This document shows positions 38,301 to 53,300 of a DNA stretch of 64,000 nt, piece by piece. Made by a program: the position numbers and the translations under genes. Within the stretch, counting starts at the first letter, position 1. Each line of letters starts with the position of its first letter. Under the pieces are notes generated by a model. The model searched no databases, was not told where the DNA came from, and saw only the letters and a program-made list of their open reading frames with translations. The stretch is from Eledone cirrhosa (Eukaryota): contig OZ024740.1 in NCBI GenBank assembly GCA_964016885.1, positions 106,330,001 to 106,394,000 of the forward strand. The letters run 5' to 3'.

Positions 38301-41300
38301 ACATCATGTCCTAAGGCAGTGGTATATAAGGTCACTCCTGCTAAATAACAACTACCATCATGTCCAAGGCAGTGGTTTATAAGGTCACTCCTGCTAAATA
38401 ACAACTACCATCATGCTCAAGGTAGTGGTTTATAAAGTCACTCCCGCTAAATAACAACTACCATATTGTCCAAGGTAGTGGTTTATAAGGTTACTTCTGC
38501 TAAATAACGACTACCATCATGTCCAAGGTAGAGGTTTATAAGGTCACTCCTGCTAAATAACAACTACCATCATGTCCAAGGCAGTGTTTTATAAGGTCAC
38601 TCCTGCTAAATAACAACTACCATCATGTCCAAGGTAGTGGTTTATAAAGTCACTCCCGCTAAATAACAACTAACATCATTCCAAGGTAGTGATTTATAAG
38701 GTCACTCCTGCTAAATAACAACTACCATCATGTCCAAGGTAGTGGTTTATAAAGTCACTCTTGCTAAATAACAACTACCATCATGTCCAAGATAGTGGTT
38801 TATAAGGTCAATCCTGCAAATTAACAACTGCCATCATGTCCAAGTTAGTGGTTTATAAGATCACTCCTGCTAAATAACAACTACCATCATGTCCAAGGTA
38901 GTGGTTTATAAAGTCACTCCTGCTAAATAACAACTGCCATCATGTCCAAGGTAGTGGTTTATAAGGTCACTCCTGCTAAATAACAACCACCATCATGTCC
39001 AAGGCAGTGGTTTATAAGGTCACTCCTGCTAAATAACAACTACCATCATGTCCAAGGCAGTGGTTTATAAGGTCACTCCTGCTAAATAACAACTACCATC
39101 ATGTCCAAGGTAGTGGTTTATAAAGTCACTCCCGCTAAATAACAACTACCATCTTGTCCAAGGTAGTGGTTTATAAGGTTACTTCTGCTAAATAACGACT
39201 ACCATCATGTCCAAGGCAGAGATTTATAAGGTCACTCCCGCTAAATAACAACTACCATCATTCCAAGGTAGTGATTTATAAGGTCACTCCTGCTAAATAA
39301 CAACTACCATCATGTCCAAGGTAGTGGTTTATAAAGTCACTCCCGCTAAATAACAACTACCATCTTGTCCAAGGTAGTGGTTTATAAGGTCACTCCTGCT
39401 AAATAACGACTACCATCATGTCCAAGGTAGTGGTTTATAAGGTCACTCCTGCTAAATAACAACTACCATCATGTCCAAGGCAGTGGTTTATAAGATCACT
39501 CCTGCTAAATAACAACTACCATCATGTCCAAGTTAGTGGTTTATAAGATCACTCCTGCTAAATAACAAATACCATCATGTCCAAGGCAGTGGTTTATAAG
39601 GTCACTCCTGCTAAATAACAACTACCAGTATGTCCAAGGCAGTGGTTTATAAGGTCACTCCTGCTAAATAACAACCACCATCATGTCCAAGGCAGTGGTT
39701 TATAAAGTGACTCTTGCTATATAACAACTACCATCATGTCCAAGGTAGTGGTTTATAAGGTCACTCATGCTAAATAACGACTACCATCATGTCCAAGGTA
39801 GTGGTTTATAAGGTCACTCCTGCTAAATAACAACTACCATCATGTCCAAGGCAGTGTTTTATAAGGTCACTCCTGCTAAATAACAGATACAATCATGCCC
39901 AAGGTAGTGGTTTATAAAGTCACTCCTGCTAAATAACAACTACCATCATGTCCATGGTAGTGGTTTATAAGGTCACTCCTGCTAAATAACAACTACTATC
40001 ATGTCCAAGTCAGTGGTTTATAAGGTCACTCCTGCTAAATAACAACTACCATCATGCCCAAGGTAGTGGTTTATAAAGTCACTCCTACTAAATAACAACT
40101 ACCATCATGTCCAAGGTAGTGGTTTATAAAGTCACTCCCGCTAAATAACAACTACCATCTTGTCCAAGGTAGTGGTTTATAAGGTTACTCCTGCTAAATA
40201 ACGACTACCATCATGTCCAAGGTAGTGGTTTATAAGGTCACTCCTGCTAAATAACAACTACCATCATGTCCAAGGTAGTGGTTTATAAAGTCACTCCCGC
40301 TAAATAACAACTACCATCTTGTCCAAGGTAGTGGTTTATAAGGTTACTTCTGCTAAATAACGACTACCATAATGTCCAAGGTAGTGGTTTATAAGGTCAC
40401 TCCTGCTAAATAACAACTACCATCATGTCCAAGGCAGTGGTTTATAAGATCACTCCTGCTAAATAACAGCTAGAATCATGCCCAAGGTAGTGGTTTATAA
40501 AGTCACTTCTGCTAAATAACAGCTAACATCATGTCCAAGGCAGTGGTTTATAAGGTCACTCCTGCTAAATAACAACTACCATCATGTCCAAGACAGTGGT
40601 TTATAAGGTCACTCCTGCTAAATAACAACTACCATCATGTCCAAGGTAGTGGTTTATAAAGTCACTCCCGCTAAATAACAACTACCATCTTGTCCAAGGT
40701 AGTGGTTTATAAGGTTACTCCTGCTAAATAACGACTACCATCATGTCCAAGGCAGTGGTTTATAAGGTCACTGCTGCTAAATAACAACTACCATCATGTC
40801 CAAGGTAGTGGTTTATAAGGTCAATCCTGCTAATTAACAACTGCCATCATGTCCAAGTTAGTGGTTTATAAGATCACTCCTGCTAAATAACTACTACCAT
40901 CATGTCCAAGGCAGTGGTTTATAAAGTCACTCCTGCTAAATAACAACTACCATCATGTCCAAGGTAGTGGTTTATAAGGTCACTCCTGCTAAATAACAAC
41001 TACCATCATGTCCAAGTCAGTGGTTTATAAGGTCACTCCTGCTAAATAACAACTACCATCATGCCCAAGGTAGTGGTTTATAAAGTCACTCCTACTAAAT
41101 AACAACTACCATCATGTCCAAGGTAGTGGTTTATAAAGTCACTCCCGCTAAATAACAACTACCATCTTGTCCAAGGTAGTGGTTTATAAGGTTACTCCTG
41201 CTAAATAACGACTACCATCATGTCCAAGGTAGTGGTTTATAAGGTCACTCCTGCTAAATAACAACTACCATCATGTCCAAGGTAGTGGTTTATAAAGTCA

Positions 41301-44300
41301 CTCCCGCTAAATAGCAACTACCATCTTGTCCAAGGTAGTGGTTTATAAGGTTACTTCTGCTAAATAACGACTACCATAATGTCCAAGGTAGTGGTTTATA
41401 AGGTCACTCCTGCTAAATAACAACTACCATCATGTCCAAGGCAGTGGTTTATAAGATCACTCCTGCTAAATAACAGCTACAATCATGCCCAAGGTAGTGG
41501 TTTATAAAGTCACTTCTGCTAAATAACAGCTAACATCATGTCCAAGGCAGTGGTTTATAAGGTCACTCCTGCTAAATAACAACTACCATCATGTCCAAGG
41601 CAGTGGTTTATAAGGTCACTCCTGCTAAATAACAACTACCATCATGCCCAAGGTGGTGGTTTATAAAGTCACTCCTACTAAATAACAACTACCATCATGT
41701 CCAAGGTAGTGGTTTATAAAGTCACTCCCGCTAAATAACAACTACCATCTTTTCCAAGGTAGTGGTTTATAAGGTTACTCCTGCTAAATAACGACTACCA
41801 TCATGTCCAAGGTAGTGGTTTATAAGGTCAATCCTGCTAAATAACAACTACCATCATGTCCAAGGCAGTGGTTTATAAGGTCACTCCTGCTAAATAACAA
41901 CTACCATCATGTCCAAGGCAGTGGTTTATAAGGTCACTCCTGCTAAATAACAACTACCATCATGTCCAAGGCAGTGGTTTATAAGGTTACTCCTGCTAAA
42001 TAACAATTACCATCATGGCCAAGGTAGTGGTTTATAAAGTCACTCCTGCTAAATAACAACTACCATCATTTCCAAGGTAGTGGTTTATAAAGTCACTCCC
42101 GCTAAATAACAACTACCATCATTCTAAGGTAGTGATTTATAAGGTTACTCCTGCTAAATAACAACTACCATCATGTCCAAGGTAGTAGTTTATAAAGTCA
42201 CTCCCGCTAAATAACAACTACCATCTTATCCAAGGTAGTGGTTTATAAGGTTACTCCTGCTAAATAACGACTACCATCATGTCCAAGGTAGTGGTTTATA
42301 AGGTCACTCCTGCTAAATAACAACTACCATCATGTCCAAGGCAGTGTTTTATAAGGTCACTCCTGCTAAATAACAACTACCATCATGTCCAAGGCAGTGG
42401 TTTATAAGGTCACTCCTGCTAAATAACAACTACCAGTATGTCCAAGGCAGTGGTTTATTAGGACACTCCTGCTAAATAACAACTACCATGATGTCCAAGG
42501 CAGTGGTTTATAAAGTCACTTCTGCTAAATAACAACTACCATCATGTCCAAGGCAGTGGTTAATTAGGTCACTCCTGCTAAATAACAACTACCATAATGT
42601 CCAAGGCAGTGGTTTATAAAGTCACTTCTGCTAAATAACAACTACCATCATGTCCAAGGCAGTGGTTTATAAGGTTACTCCTGCTAAATAACGACTACCA
42701 TCATGTCCAAGGTAGTGGTTTATAAGGTCACTCCTGCTAAATAACAACTACTATCATGTCCAAGGCAGTGTTTTATAAGGTCACTCCTGCTAAATAACAA
42801 CTACCATCATGTCCAAGGCAGTGGTTTATAAGGTCACTCCTGCTAAATAACAACTACCAGTATGTCCAAGGCAGTCGTTTATAAGGTCACTCCTGCTAAA
42901 TAACAACTACCATCATGTCCAAGGCAGTGGTTTATAAAGTCACTCTTGCTAAATAACAACTACCATCATGTCCAAGGTAGTGGTTTATAAGGTCAATCCT
43001 GCTAAATAACAACTACCATCATGTCCAAGTTAGTGGTTTATAAGATCACTCCTGCTAAATAACAACTACCATCATGTCCAAGGCAGTGGATTATAAAGTC
43101 ACTCCTGCTAAATAACTACTACCATCATGTCCAAGGTAGTGGTTTATAAGGTCACTCCTGCTAAATAACAACTAACATCATGTCCAAGGTAGTGGTTTAT
43201 AAGGTCACACCTGCTAAATAACAACTACCAACATGTCCAAGGCAATGTTTTATAAGGTCACTCCTGCTAAATAACAACTACCATGATGTCCAAGGCAGTG
43301 GTTTATAAGGTCACTCCTGCTAAATAACAACTACCATCATGCCCAAGGTGGTGGTTTATAAAGTCACTCCTACTAAATAACAACTACCATCATGTCCAAG
43401 GTAGTGGTTTATAAAGTCACTCCCGCTAAATAACAACTACATCTTGTCCAAGGTAGTGGTTTATAAGGTTACTCCTGCTAAATAACGACTACCATCATGT
43501 CCAAGGTAGTGGTTTATAAGGTCACTCCTGCTAAATAACAACTACCATCATGTCCAAGGCAGTGGTTTATAAGGTCACTCCTGCTAAATAACAACTACCA
43601 TCATGTCCAAGGCAGTGGTTTATAAGGTTACTCCTGCTAAATAACAATTACCATCATGGCCAAGGTAGTGGTTTATAAAGTCACTCCTGCTAAATAACAA
43701 CTACCATCATTTCCAAGGTAGTGGTTTATAAAGTCACTCCCGCTAAATAACAACAACCATCATTCCAAGGTAGTGATTTATAAGGTCACTCCTGCTAAAT
43801 AACAACTACCATCATGTCCAAGGTAGTGGTTTATAAAGTCACTCCCGCTAAATAACAACTACCATCTTGTCCAAGGTAGTGGTTTATAAGGTTACTCCTG
43901 CTAAATAACGACTACCATCATGTCCAAGGTAGTGGTTTATAAGGTCACTCCTGCTAAATAACAACTACCATCATGTCCAAGGCAGTGTTTTATAAGGTCA
44001 CTCCTGCTAAATAACAACTACCATCATGTCCAAGGCAGTGGTTTATAAGGTCACTCCTGCTAAATAACAACTACCAGTATGTCCAAGGCAGTGGTTTATT
44101 AGGACACTCCTGCTAAATAACAACTACCATCATGTCCAAGGCAGTGGTTTATAAAGTCACTCTTGCTAAATAAAAACTACCATCATGTCCAAGGCAGTGG
44201 TTTATAAGGTCACTCCTGGTAAATAACAACTACCATCATGTCCAAGGTAGTGGTTTATAAGGTCAATCCTGCTAATTAACAACTGCCATCATGTCCAAGT

Positions 44301-47300
44301 TAGTGGTTTATAAGATCACTCCTGCTAAATAACTACTACCATCATGTCCAAGGCAGTGGTTTATAAAGTCACTCCTGCTAAATAACAACTACCATCATGT
44401 CCAAGGTAGTGGTTTATAAGGTCACTCCTGCTAAATAACAACTACAATCATGCCCAAGGTAGTGGTTTATAAAGTCACTTCTGATAAATAACAACTAACA
44501 TCATGTCCTAAGGCAGTGGTATATAAGGTCACTCCTGCTAAATAACAACTACCATCATGTCCAAGGCAGTGGTTTATAAGGTCACTCCTGCTAAATAACA
44601 ACTACCATCATGCTCAAGGTAGTGGTTTATAAAGTCACTCCCGCTAAATAACAACTACCATATTGTCCAAGGTAGTGGTTTATAAGGTTACTTCTGCTAA
44701 ATAACGACTACCATCATGTCCAAGGTAGAGGTTTATAAGGTCACTCCTGCTAAATAACAACTACCATCATGTCCAAGGCAGTGTTTTATAAGGTCACTCC
44801 TGCTAAATAACAACTACCATCATGTCCAAGGTAGTGGTTTATAAAGTCACTCCCGCTAAATAACAACTAACATCATTCCAAGGTAGTGATTTATAAGGTC
44901 ACTCCTGCTAAATAACAACTACCATCATGTCCAAGGTAGTGGTTTATAAAGTCACTCTTGCTAAATAACAACTACCATCATGTCCAAGATAGTGGTTTAT
45001 AAGGTCAATCCTGCAAATTAACAACTGCCATCATGTCCAAGTTAGTGGTTTATAAGATCACTCCTGCTAAATAACAACTACCATCATGTCAAAGGTAGTG
45101 GTTTATAAAGTCACTCCTGCTAAATAACAACTGCCATCATGTCCAAGGTAGTGGTTTATAAGGTCATTCCTGCTAAATAACAACCACCATCATGTCCAAG
45201 GCAGTGGTTTATAAGGTCACTCCTGCTAAATAACAACTACCATCATGTCCAAGGCAGTGGTTTATAAGGTCACTCCTGCTAAATAACAACTACCATCATG
45301 TCCAAGGTAGTGGTTTATAAAGTCACTCCCGCTAAATAACAACTACCATCTTGTCCAAGGTAGTGGTTTATAAGGTTACTTCTGCTAAATAACGACTACC
45401 ATCATGTCCAAGGCAGAGATTTATAAGGTCACTCCCGCTAAATAACAACTACCATCATTCCAAGGTAGTGATTTATAAGGTCACTCCTGCTAAATAACAA
45501 CTACCATCATGTCCAAGGTAGTGGTTTATAAAGTCACTCCCGCTAAATAACAACTACCATCTTGTCCAAGGTAGTGGTTTATAAGGTCACTCCTGCTAAA
45601 TAACGACTACCATCATGTCCAAGGTAGTGGTTTATAAGGTCACTCCTGCTAAATAACAACTACCATCATGTCCAAGGCAGTGGTTTATAAGATCACTCCT
45701 GCTAAATAACAACTACCATCATGTCCAAGTTAGTGGTTTATAAGATCACTCCTGCTAAATAACAAATACCATCATGTCCAAGGCAGTGGTTTATAAGGTC
45801 ACTCCTGCTAAATAACAACTACCAGTATGTCCAAGGCAGTGGTTTATAAGGTCACTCCTGCTAAATAACAACCACCATCATGTCCAAGGCAGTGGTTTAT
45901 AAAGTGACTCTTGCTATATAACAACTACCATCATGTCCAAGGTAGTGGTTTATAAGGTCACTCATGCTAAATAACGACTACCATCATGTCCAAGGTAGTG
46001 GTTTATAAGGTCACTCCTGCTAAATAACAACTACCATCATGTCCAAGGCAGTGTTTTATAAGGTCACTCCTGCTAAATAACAGATACAATCATGCCCAAG
46101 GTAGTGGTTTATAAAGTCACTTCTGCTAAATAACAATTAACATCATGTCCAAGGCAGTGGTTTATAAGGTCACTCCTGCTAAATAACAACTACCATCATG
46201 TCCAAGGCAGTGGTTTATAAGGTCACTCCTGCTAAATAACAACTACCATCATGCCCAAGGTGGTGGTTTATAAAGTCACTCCTACTAAATAACAACTACC
46301 ATCATGTCCAAGGTAGTGGTTTATAAAGTCACTCCCGCTAAATAACAACTACCATCTTGTCCAAGGTAGTGGTTTATAAGGTTACTCCTGCTAAATAACG
46401 ACTACCATCATGTCCAAGGCAGTGGTTTATAAGGTCACTGCTGCTAAATAACAACTACCATCATGTCCAAGGTAGTGGTTTATAAGGTCAATCCTGCTAA
46501 TTAACAACTGCCATCATGTCCAAGTTAGTGGTTTATAAGATCACTCCTGCTAAATAACTACTACCATCATGTCCAAGGCAGTGGTTTATAAAGTCACTCC
46601 TGCTAAATAACAACTACCATCATGTCCATGGTAGTGGTTTATAAGGTCACTCCTGCTAAATAACAACTACTATCATGTCCAAGTCAGTGGTTTATAAGGT
46701 CACTCCTGCTAAATAACAACTACCATCATGCCCAAGGTAGTGGTTTATAAAGTCACTCCTACTAAATAACAACTACCATCATGTCCAAGGTAGTGGTTTA
46801 TAAAGTCACTCCCGCTAAATAACAACTACCATCTTGTCCAAGGTAGTGGTTTATAAGGTTACTCCTGCTAAATAACGACTACCATCATGTCCAAGGTAGT
46901 GGTTTATAAGGTCACTCCTGCTAAATAACAACTACCATCATGTCCAAGGTAGTGGTTTATAAAGTCACTCCCGCTAAATAACAACTACCATCTTGTCCAA
47001 GGTAGTGGTTTATAAGGTTACTTCTGCTAAATAACGACTACCATAATGTCCAAGGTAGTGGTTTATAAGGTCACTCCTGCTAAATAACAACTACCATCAT
47101 GTCCAAGGCAGTGGTTTATAAGATCACTCCTGCTAAATAACAGCTACAATCATGCCCAAGGTAGTGGTTTATAAAGTCACTTCTGCTAAATAACAGCTAA
47201 CATCATGTCCAAGGCAGTGGTTTATAAGGTCACTCCTGCTAAATAACAACTACCATCATGTCCAAGGCAGTGGTTTATAAGGTCACTCCTGCTAAATAAC

Positions 47301-50300
47301 AACTACCATCATGCCCAAGGTGGTGGTTTACAAAGTCACTCCTACTAAATAACAACTACCATCATGTCCAAGGTAGTGGTTTATAAAGTCACTCCCGCTA
47401 AATAACAACTACCATCTTGTCCAAGGTAGTGGTTTATAAGGTTACTCCTGCTAAATAACGACTACCATCATGTCCAAGGTAGTGGTTTATAAGGTCAATC
47501 CTGCTAAATAACAACTACCATCATGTCCAAGGCAGTGGTTTATAAGGTCACTCCTGCTAAATAACAACTACCATCATGTCCAAGGCAGTGGTTTATAAGG
47601 TCACTCCTGCTAAATAACAACTACCATCATGTCCAAGGCAGTGGTTTATAAGGTTACTCCTGCTAAATAACAATTACCATCATGGCCAAGGTAGTGGTTT
47701 ATAAAGTCACTCCTGCTAAATAACAACTACCATCATTTCCAAGGTAGTGGTTTATAAAGTCACTCCCGCTAAATAACAACTACCATCATTCTAAGGTAGT
47801 GATTTATAAGGTCACTCCTGCTAAATAACAACTACCATCATGTCCAAGGTAGTGGTTTATAAAGTCACTCCCGCTAAATAACAACTACCATCTTGTCCAA
47901 GGTAGTGGTTTATAAGGTTACTCCTGCTAAATAACGACTACCATCATGTCCAAGGTAGTGGTTTATAAGGTCACTCCTGCTAAATAACAACTACCATCAT
48001 GTCCAAGGCAGTGTTTTATAAGGTCACTCCTGCTAAATTACAACTACCATCATGTCCAAGGCAGTGGTTTATAAGGTCACTCCTGCTAAATAACAACTAC
48101 CATCATGTCCAAGGCAGTGGTTTATTAGGACACTCCTGCTAAATAACAACTACCATCATGTCCAAGGCAGTGGTTTATAAAGTCACTTCTGCTAAATAAC
48201 AACTACCATCATGTCCAAGGCAGTGGTTAATAAGGTCACTCCTGCTAAATAACAACTACCATAATGTCCAAGGCAGTGGTTTATAAAGTCACTTCTGCTA
48301 AATAACAACTACCATCATGTCCAAGGCAGTGGTTTATAAGGTTACTCCTGCTAAATAACGACTACCATCATGTCCAAGGTAGTGGTTTATAAGGTCACTC
48401 CTGCTAAATAACAACTATTATCATGTCCAAGGCAGTGTTTTATAAGGTCACTCCTGCTAAATAACAACTACCATCATGTCCAAGGCAGTGGTTTATAAGG
48501 TCACTCCTGCTAAATAACAACTACCAGTATGTCCAAGGCAGTCGTTTATAAGGTCACTCCTGCTAAATAACAACTACCATCATGTCCAAGGCAGTGGTTT
48601 ATAAAGTCACTCTTGCTAAATAACAACTACCATCATGTCCAAGGTAGTGGTTTATAAGGTCAATCCTGCTAAATAACAACTACCATCATGTCCAAGTTAG
48701 TGGTTTATAAGATCACTCCTGCTAAATAACAACTACCATCATGTCCAAGGCAGTGGATTATAAAGTCACTCCTGCTAAATAACTACTACCATCATGTCCA
48801 AGGTAGTGGTTTATAAGGTCACTCCTGCTAAATAACAACTAACATCATGTCCAAGGTAGTGGTTTATAAGGTCACACCTGCTAAATAACAACTACCAACA
48901 TGTCCAAGGCAATGTTTTATAAGGTCACTCCTGCTAAATAACAACTACCATGATGTCCAAGGCAGTGGTTTATAAGGTCACTCCTGCTAAATAACAAATA
49001 CCATCATGCCCAAGGTGGTGGTTTATAAAGTCACTCCTACTAAATAACAACTACCATCATGTCCAAGGTAGTGGTTTATAAAGTCACTCCCGCTAAATAA
49101 CAACTACCATCTTGTCCAAGGTAGTGGTTTATAAGGTTACTCCTGCTAAATAACGACTACCATCATGTCCAAGGTAGTGGTTTATAAGGTCACTCCTGCT
49201 AAATAACAACTACCATCATGTCCAAGGCAGTGGTTTATAAGGTCACTCCTGCTAAATAACAACTACCATCATGTCCAAGGCAGTGGTTTATAAGGTTACT
49301 CCTGCTAAATAACAATTACCATCATGGCCAAGGTAGTGGTTTATAAAGTCACTCCTGCTAAATAACAACTACCATCATTTCCAAGGTAGTGGTTTATAAA
49401 GTCACTCCCGCTAAATAACAACTACCATCATTCCAAGGTAGTGATTTATAAGGTCACTCCTGCTAAATAACAACTACCATCATGTCCAAGGTAGTGGTTT
49501 ATAAAGTCACTCCCGCTAAATAACAACTACCATCTTGTCCAAGGTAGTGGTTTATAAGGTTACTCCTGCTAAATAACGACTACCATCATGTCCAAGGTAG
49601 TGGTTTATAAGGTCACTCCTGCTAAATAACAACTACCATCATGTCCAAGGCAGTGTTTTATAAGGTCACTCCTGCTAAATAACAACTACCATCATGTCCA
49701 AGGCAGTGGTTTATAAGGTCACTCCTGCTAAATAACAACTACCAGTATGTCCAAGGCAGTGGTTTATTAGGACACTCCTGCTAAATAACAACTACCATCA
49801 TGTCCAAGGCAGTGGTTTATAAAGTCACTCTTGCTAAATAAAAACTACCATCATGTCCAAGGCAGTGGTTTATAAGGTCACTCCTGCTAAATAACAACTA
49901 CCATCATGTCCAAGGTAGTGGTTTATAAGGTCAATCCTGCTAATTAACAACTGCCATCATGTCCAAGTTAGTGGTTTATAAGATCACTCCTGCTAAATAA
50001 CTACTACCATCATGTCCAAGGCAGTGGTTTATAAAGTCACTCCTGCTAAATAACAACTACCATCATGTCCAAGGTAGTGGTTTATAAGGTCACTCCTGCT
50101 AAATAACAACTACCATCATGTCCAAGGCAGTGTTTTATAAGGTCACTCCTGCTAAATAACAACTACAATCATGCCCAAGGTAGTGGTTTATAAAGTCACT
50201 TCTGATAAATAACAACTAACATCATGTCCTAAGGCAGTGGTATATAAGGTCACTCCTGCTAAATAACAACTACCATCATGTCCAAGGCAGTGGTTTATAA

Positions 50301-53300
50301 GGTCACTCCTGCTAAATAACAACTACCATCATGCTCAAGGTAGTGGTTTATAAAGTCACTCCTACTAAATAACAACTACCATCATGTCCAAGGTAGTGGT
50401 TTATAAAGTCACTCCCGCTAAATAACAACTACCATCTTGTCCAAGGTAGTGGTTCATAAGGTTACTCCTGCTAAATAACGACTACCATCATGTCCAAGGT
50501 AGTGGTTTATAAGGTCACTCCTGCTAAATAACAACTACCATCATGTCCAAGGCAGTGGTTTATAAGGTCACTCCTGCTAAATTACAACTACCAGTATGTC
50601 CAAGGCAGTCGTTTATAAGGTCACTCCTGCTAAATAACAACTACCATCATGTCCAAGGCAGTGGTTTATAAAGTCACTCTTGCTAAATAACAACTACCAT
50701 CATGTCCAAGCTAGTGGTTTATAAGGTCAATCCTGCTAAGTAACAACTACCATCATGTCCAAGTTAGTGGTTTATAAGATCACTCCTGCTAAATAACAAC
50801 TACCATCATGTCCAAGGCAGTGGATTATAAAGTCACTCCTGCTAAATAACTACTACCATCATGTCCAAGGTAGTGGTTTATAAGGTCACTCCTGCTAAAT
50901 AACAACTAACATCATGTCCAAGGTAGTGGTTTATAAGGTCACACCTGCTAAATAACAACTACCAACATGTCCAAGGCAATGTTTTATAAGGTCACTCCTG
51001 CTAAATAACAACTACCATGATGTCCAAGCCAGTGGTTTATAAGGTCACTCCTGCTAAATAACAACTACCAGTATGTCCAAGGCAGTGGTTTATAAGGTCA
51101 CTCCTGCTAAATAAAAACTACCAGTATGTCCAAGGCAGTGGTTTATAAGGTCAATCCTGCGAAATAACAACTACCATCATGTCCAAGGCAGTGGTTTATA
51201 AAGTCACTCCTGCTAAATAACAATTACCATCTTGTCCAAGGTAGTGGTTTATAAGGTCACTCCTGCTAAATAACAACTACCATCATGTCCAAGGTAGTGG
51301 TTTATAAGGTCAAACCTGCTAAATAACAACTACCATCATGTCCAAGGTAGTGGTTTATAAGGTCACTCCTGCTAAATAACAACTACCATCATGTCCAAGG
51401 AAGTGGTTTATAAGTTCACTCCTGCTAAATAACAACTACCATCATGTCCAAGGTAGTGGTTTATAAGGTCAATCCTGCTAAATAACAACTACCATCATGT
51501 CCAAGGTAGTGGTTTATAAGGTCACTCCTGCTAAATAACAACTACCATCATGTCCAAGGCAGTGGTTTATAAAGTCACTCCTGCTAAATAACAATTACCA
51601 TCATGTCCAAGGTAGTGGTTTATAAGGTCACTCCTGCTAAATAACAACTACCATCATGTACAAGGCAGTGGTTTATAAGGTCACTCCTGCTAAATAACAA
51701 CTACCATGATGTCCAAGGCAGTGGTTTATAAAGTCACTTCTGCTAAATAACAACTACCATCATGTCCAAGGCAGTGGTTAATAAGGTCACTCCTGCTAAA
51801 TAACAATTACCATAATGTCCAAGGCAGTGGTTTATAAAGTCACTTCTGCTAAATAACAACTACCATCATGTCCAAGGCAGTGGTTAATAAGGTCACTCCT
51901 GCTAAATAACAACTACCATCATGTCCAAGGCAGTGGTTTATAAGGTCACTCCTGCAAAATAACAACTACCATCATGCCCAAGGTAGTGGTTTATAAAGTC
52001 ACTCCTGCTAAATAACAACTACTATAATGTCCAAGGTAGTGGTTTATAAAGTCACACCCGCTAAATAACAACTATCATCATGTCCAAGGTAGTGGTTTAT
52101 AAGGTCACTCCTGCTAAATAACAATTACCATAACGTCCAAGGTAGTGGTTTATAAGGTCACTCCTGCTAAATAACAACTACCATCATGTCCAAGGTAGTG
52201 GTTTATAAGGTCACTCCTGCTAAATAACAACTACCATCATGTACAAGGCAGTGGTTTATAAGGTCACTCCTGCTAAAAAACAACTACCATGATGTCCAAG
52301 CCAGTGGTTTATAAGGTCACACCTGCTAAATAACAACTACCATCATGTCCAAGGCAGCGGTTTATAAAGTCACTTCTGCTAAATAACAACTACCATCATG
52401 TCCAAGGTAGTGGTTTATAAGGTCAATCCTGCTAAATAACAACTACCATCATGTCCAAGTTAGTGGTTTATAAGGTCACTCCTGCTAAATAACAACTACC
52501 ATCATGTCCAAGGCAGTGGTTTATAAGGTCACTCCTGCTAAATAACAACTACCATCATGTCCATGGTAGTGGTTTATAAAGTCACTCCCGCTAAATAACA
52601 ACTACCATCATGTCCAAGGCAGTGTTTTATAAGGTCACTCCTGCTAAATACCAACTACAATCATGCCCAAGGTAGTGGTTTATAAAGTCACTTCTGATAA
52701 ATAACAACTAACATCATGTCCTAAGGCAGTGGTTTATAAGGTCACTCCTGCTAAATAACAACTACCATCATGTCCAAGGCAGTGGTTTATAAGGTCACTC
52801 CTGCTAAATAACAACTACCATCATGCCCAAGGTAGTGGTTTATAAAGTCACTCCTACTAAATAACAACTACCATCATGTCCAAGGTAGTGGTTTATAAAG
52901 TCACTCCCGCTAAATAACAACTACCATCTTGTCCAAGGTAGTGGTTTATAAGGTTACTCCTGCTAAATAACGACTACCATCATGTCCAAGGTAGTGGTTT
53001 ATAAGGTCACTCCTGCTAAATAACAACTACCATCATGTCCAAGGCAGTGTTTTATAAGGTCACTCCTGCTAAATAACAACTACCATCATGTCCAAGGCAG
53101 TGGTTTATAAGGTCACTCCTGCTAAATAACAACTACCAGTATGTCCAAGGCAGTCGTTTATAAGGTCACTCCTGCTAAATAACAACTACCATCATGTCCA
53201 AGGCAGTGGTTTATAAAGTCACTCTTGCTAAATAACAACTACCATCATGTCCAAGGTAGTGGTTTATAAGGTCAATCCTGCTAAATAACAACTACCATCA

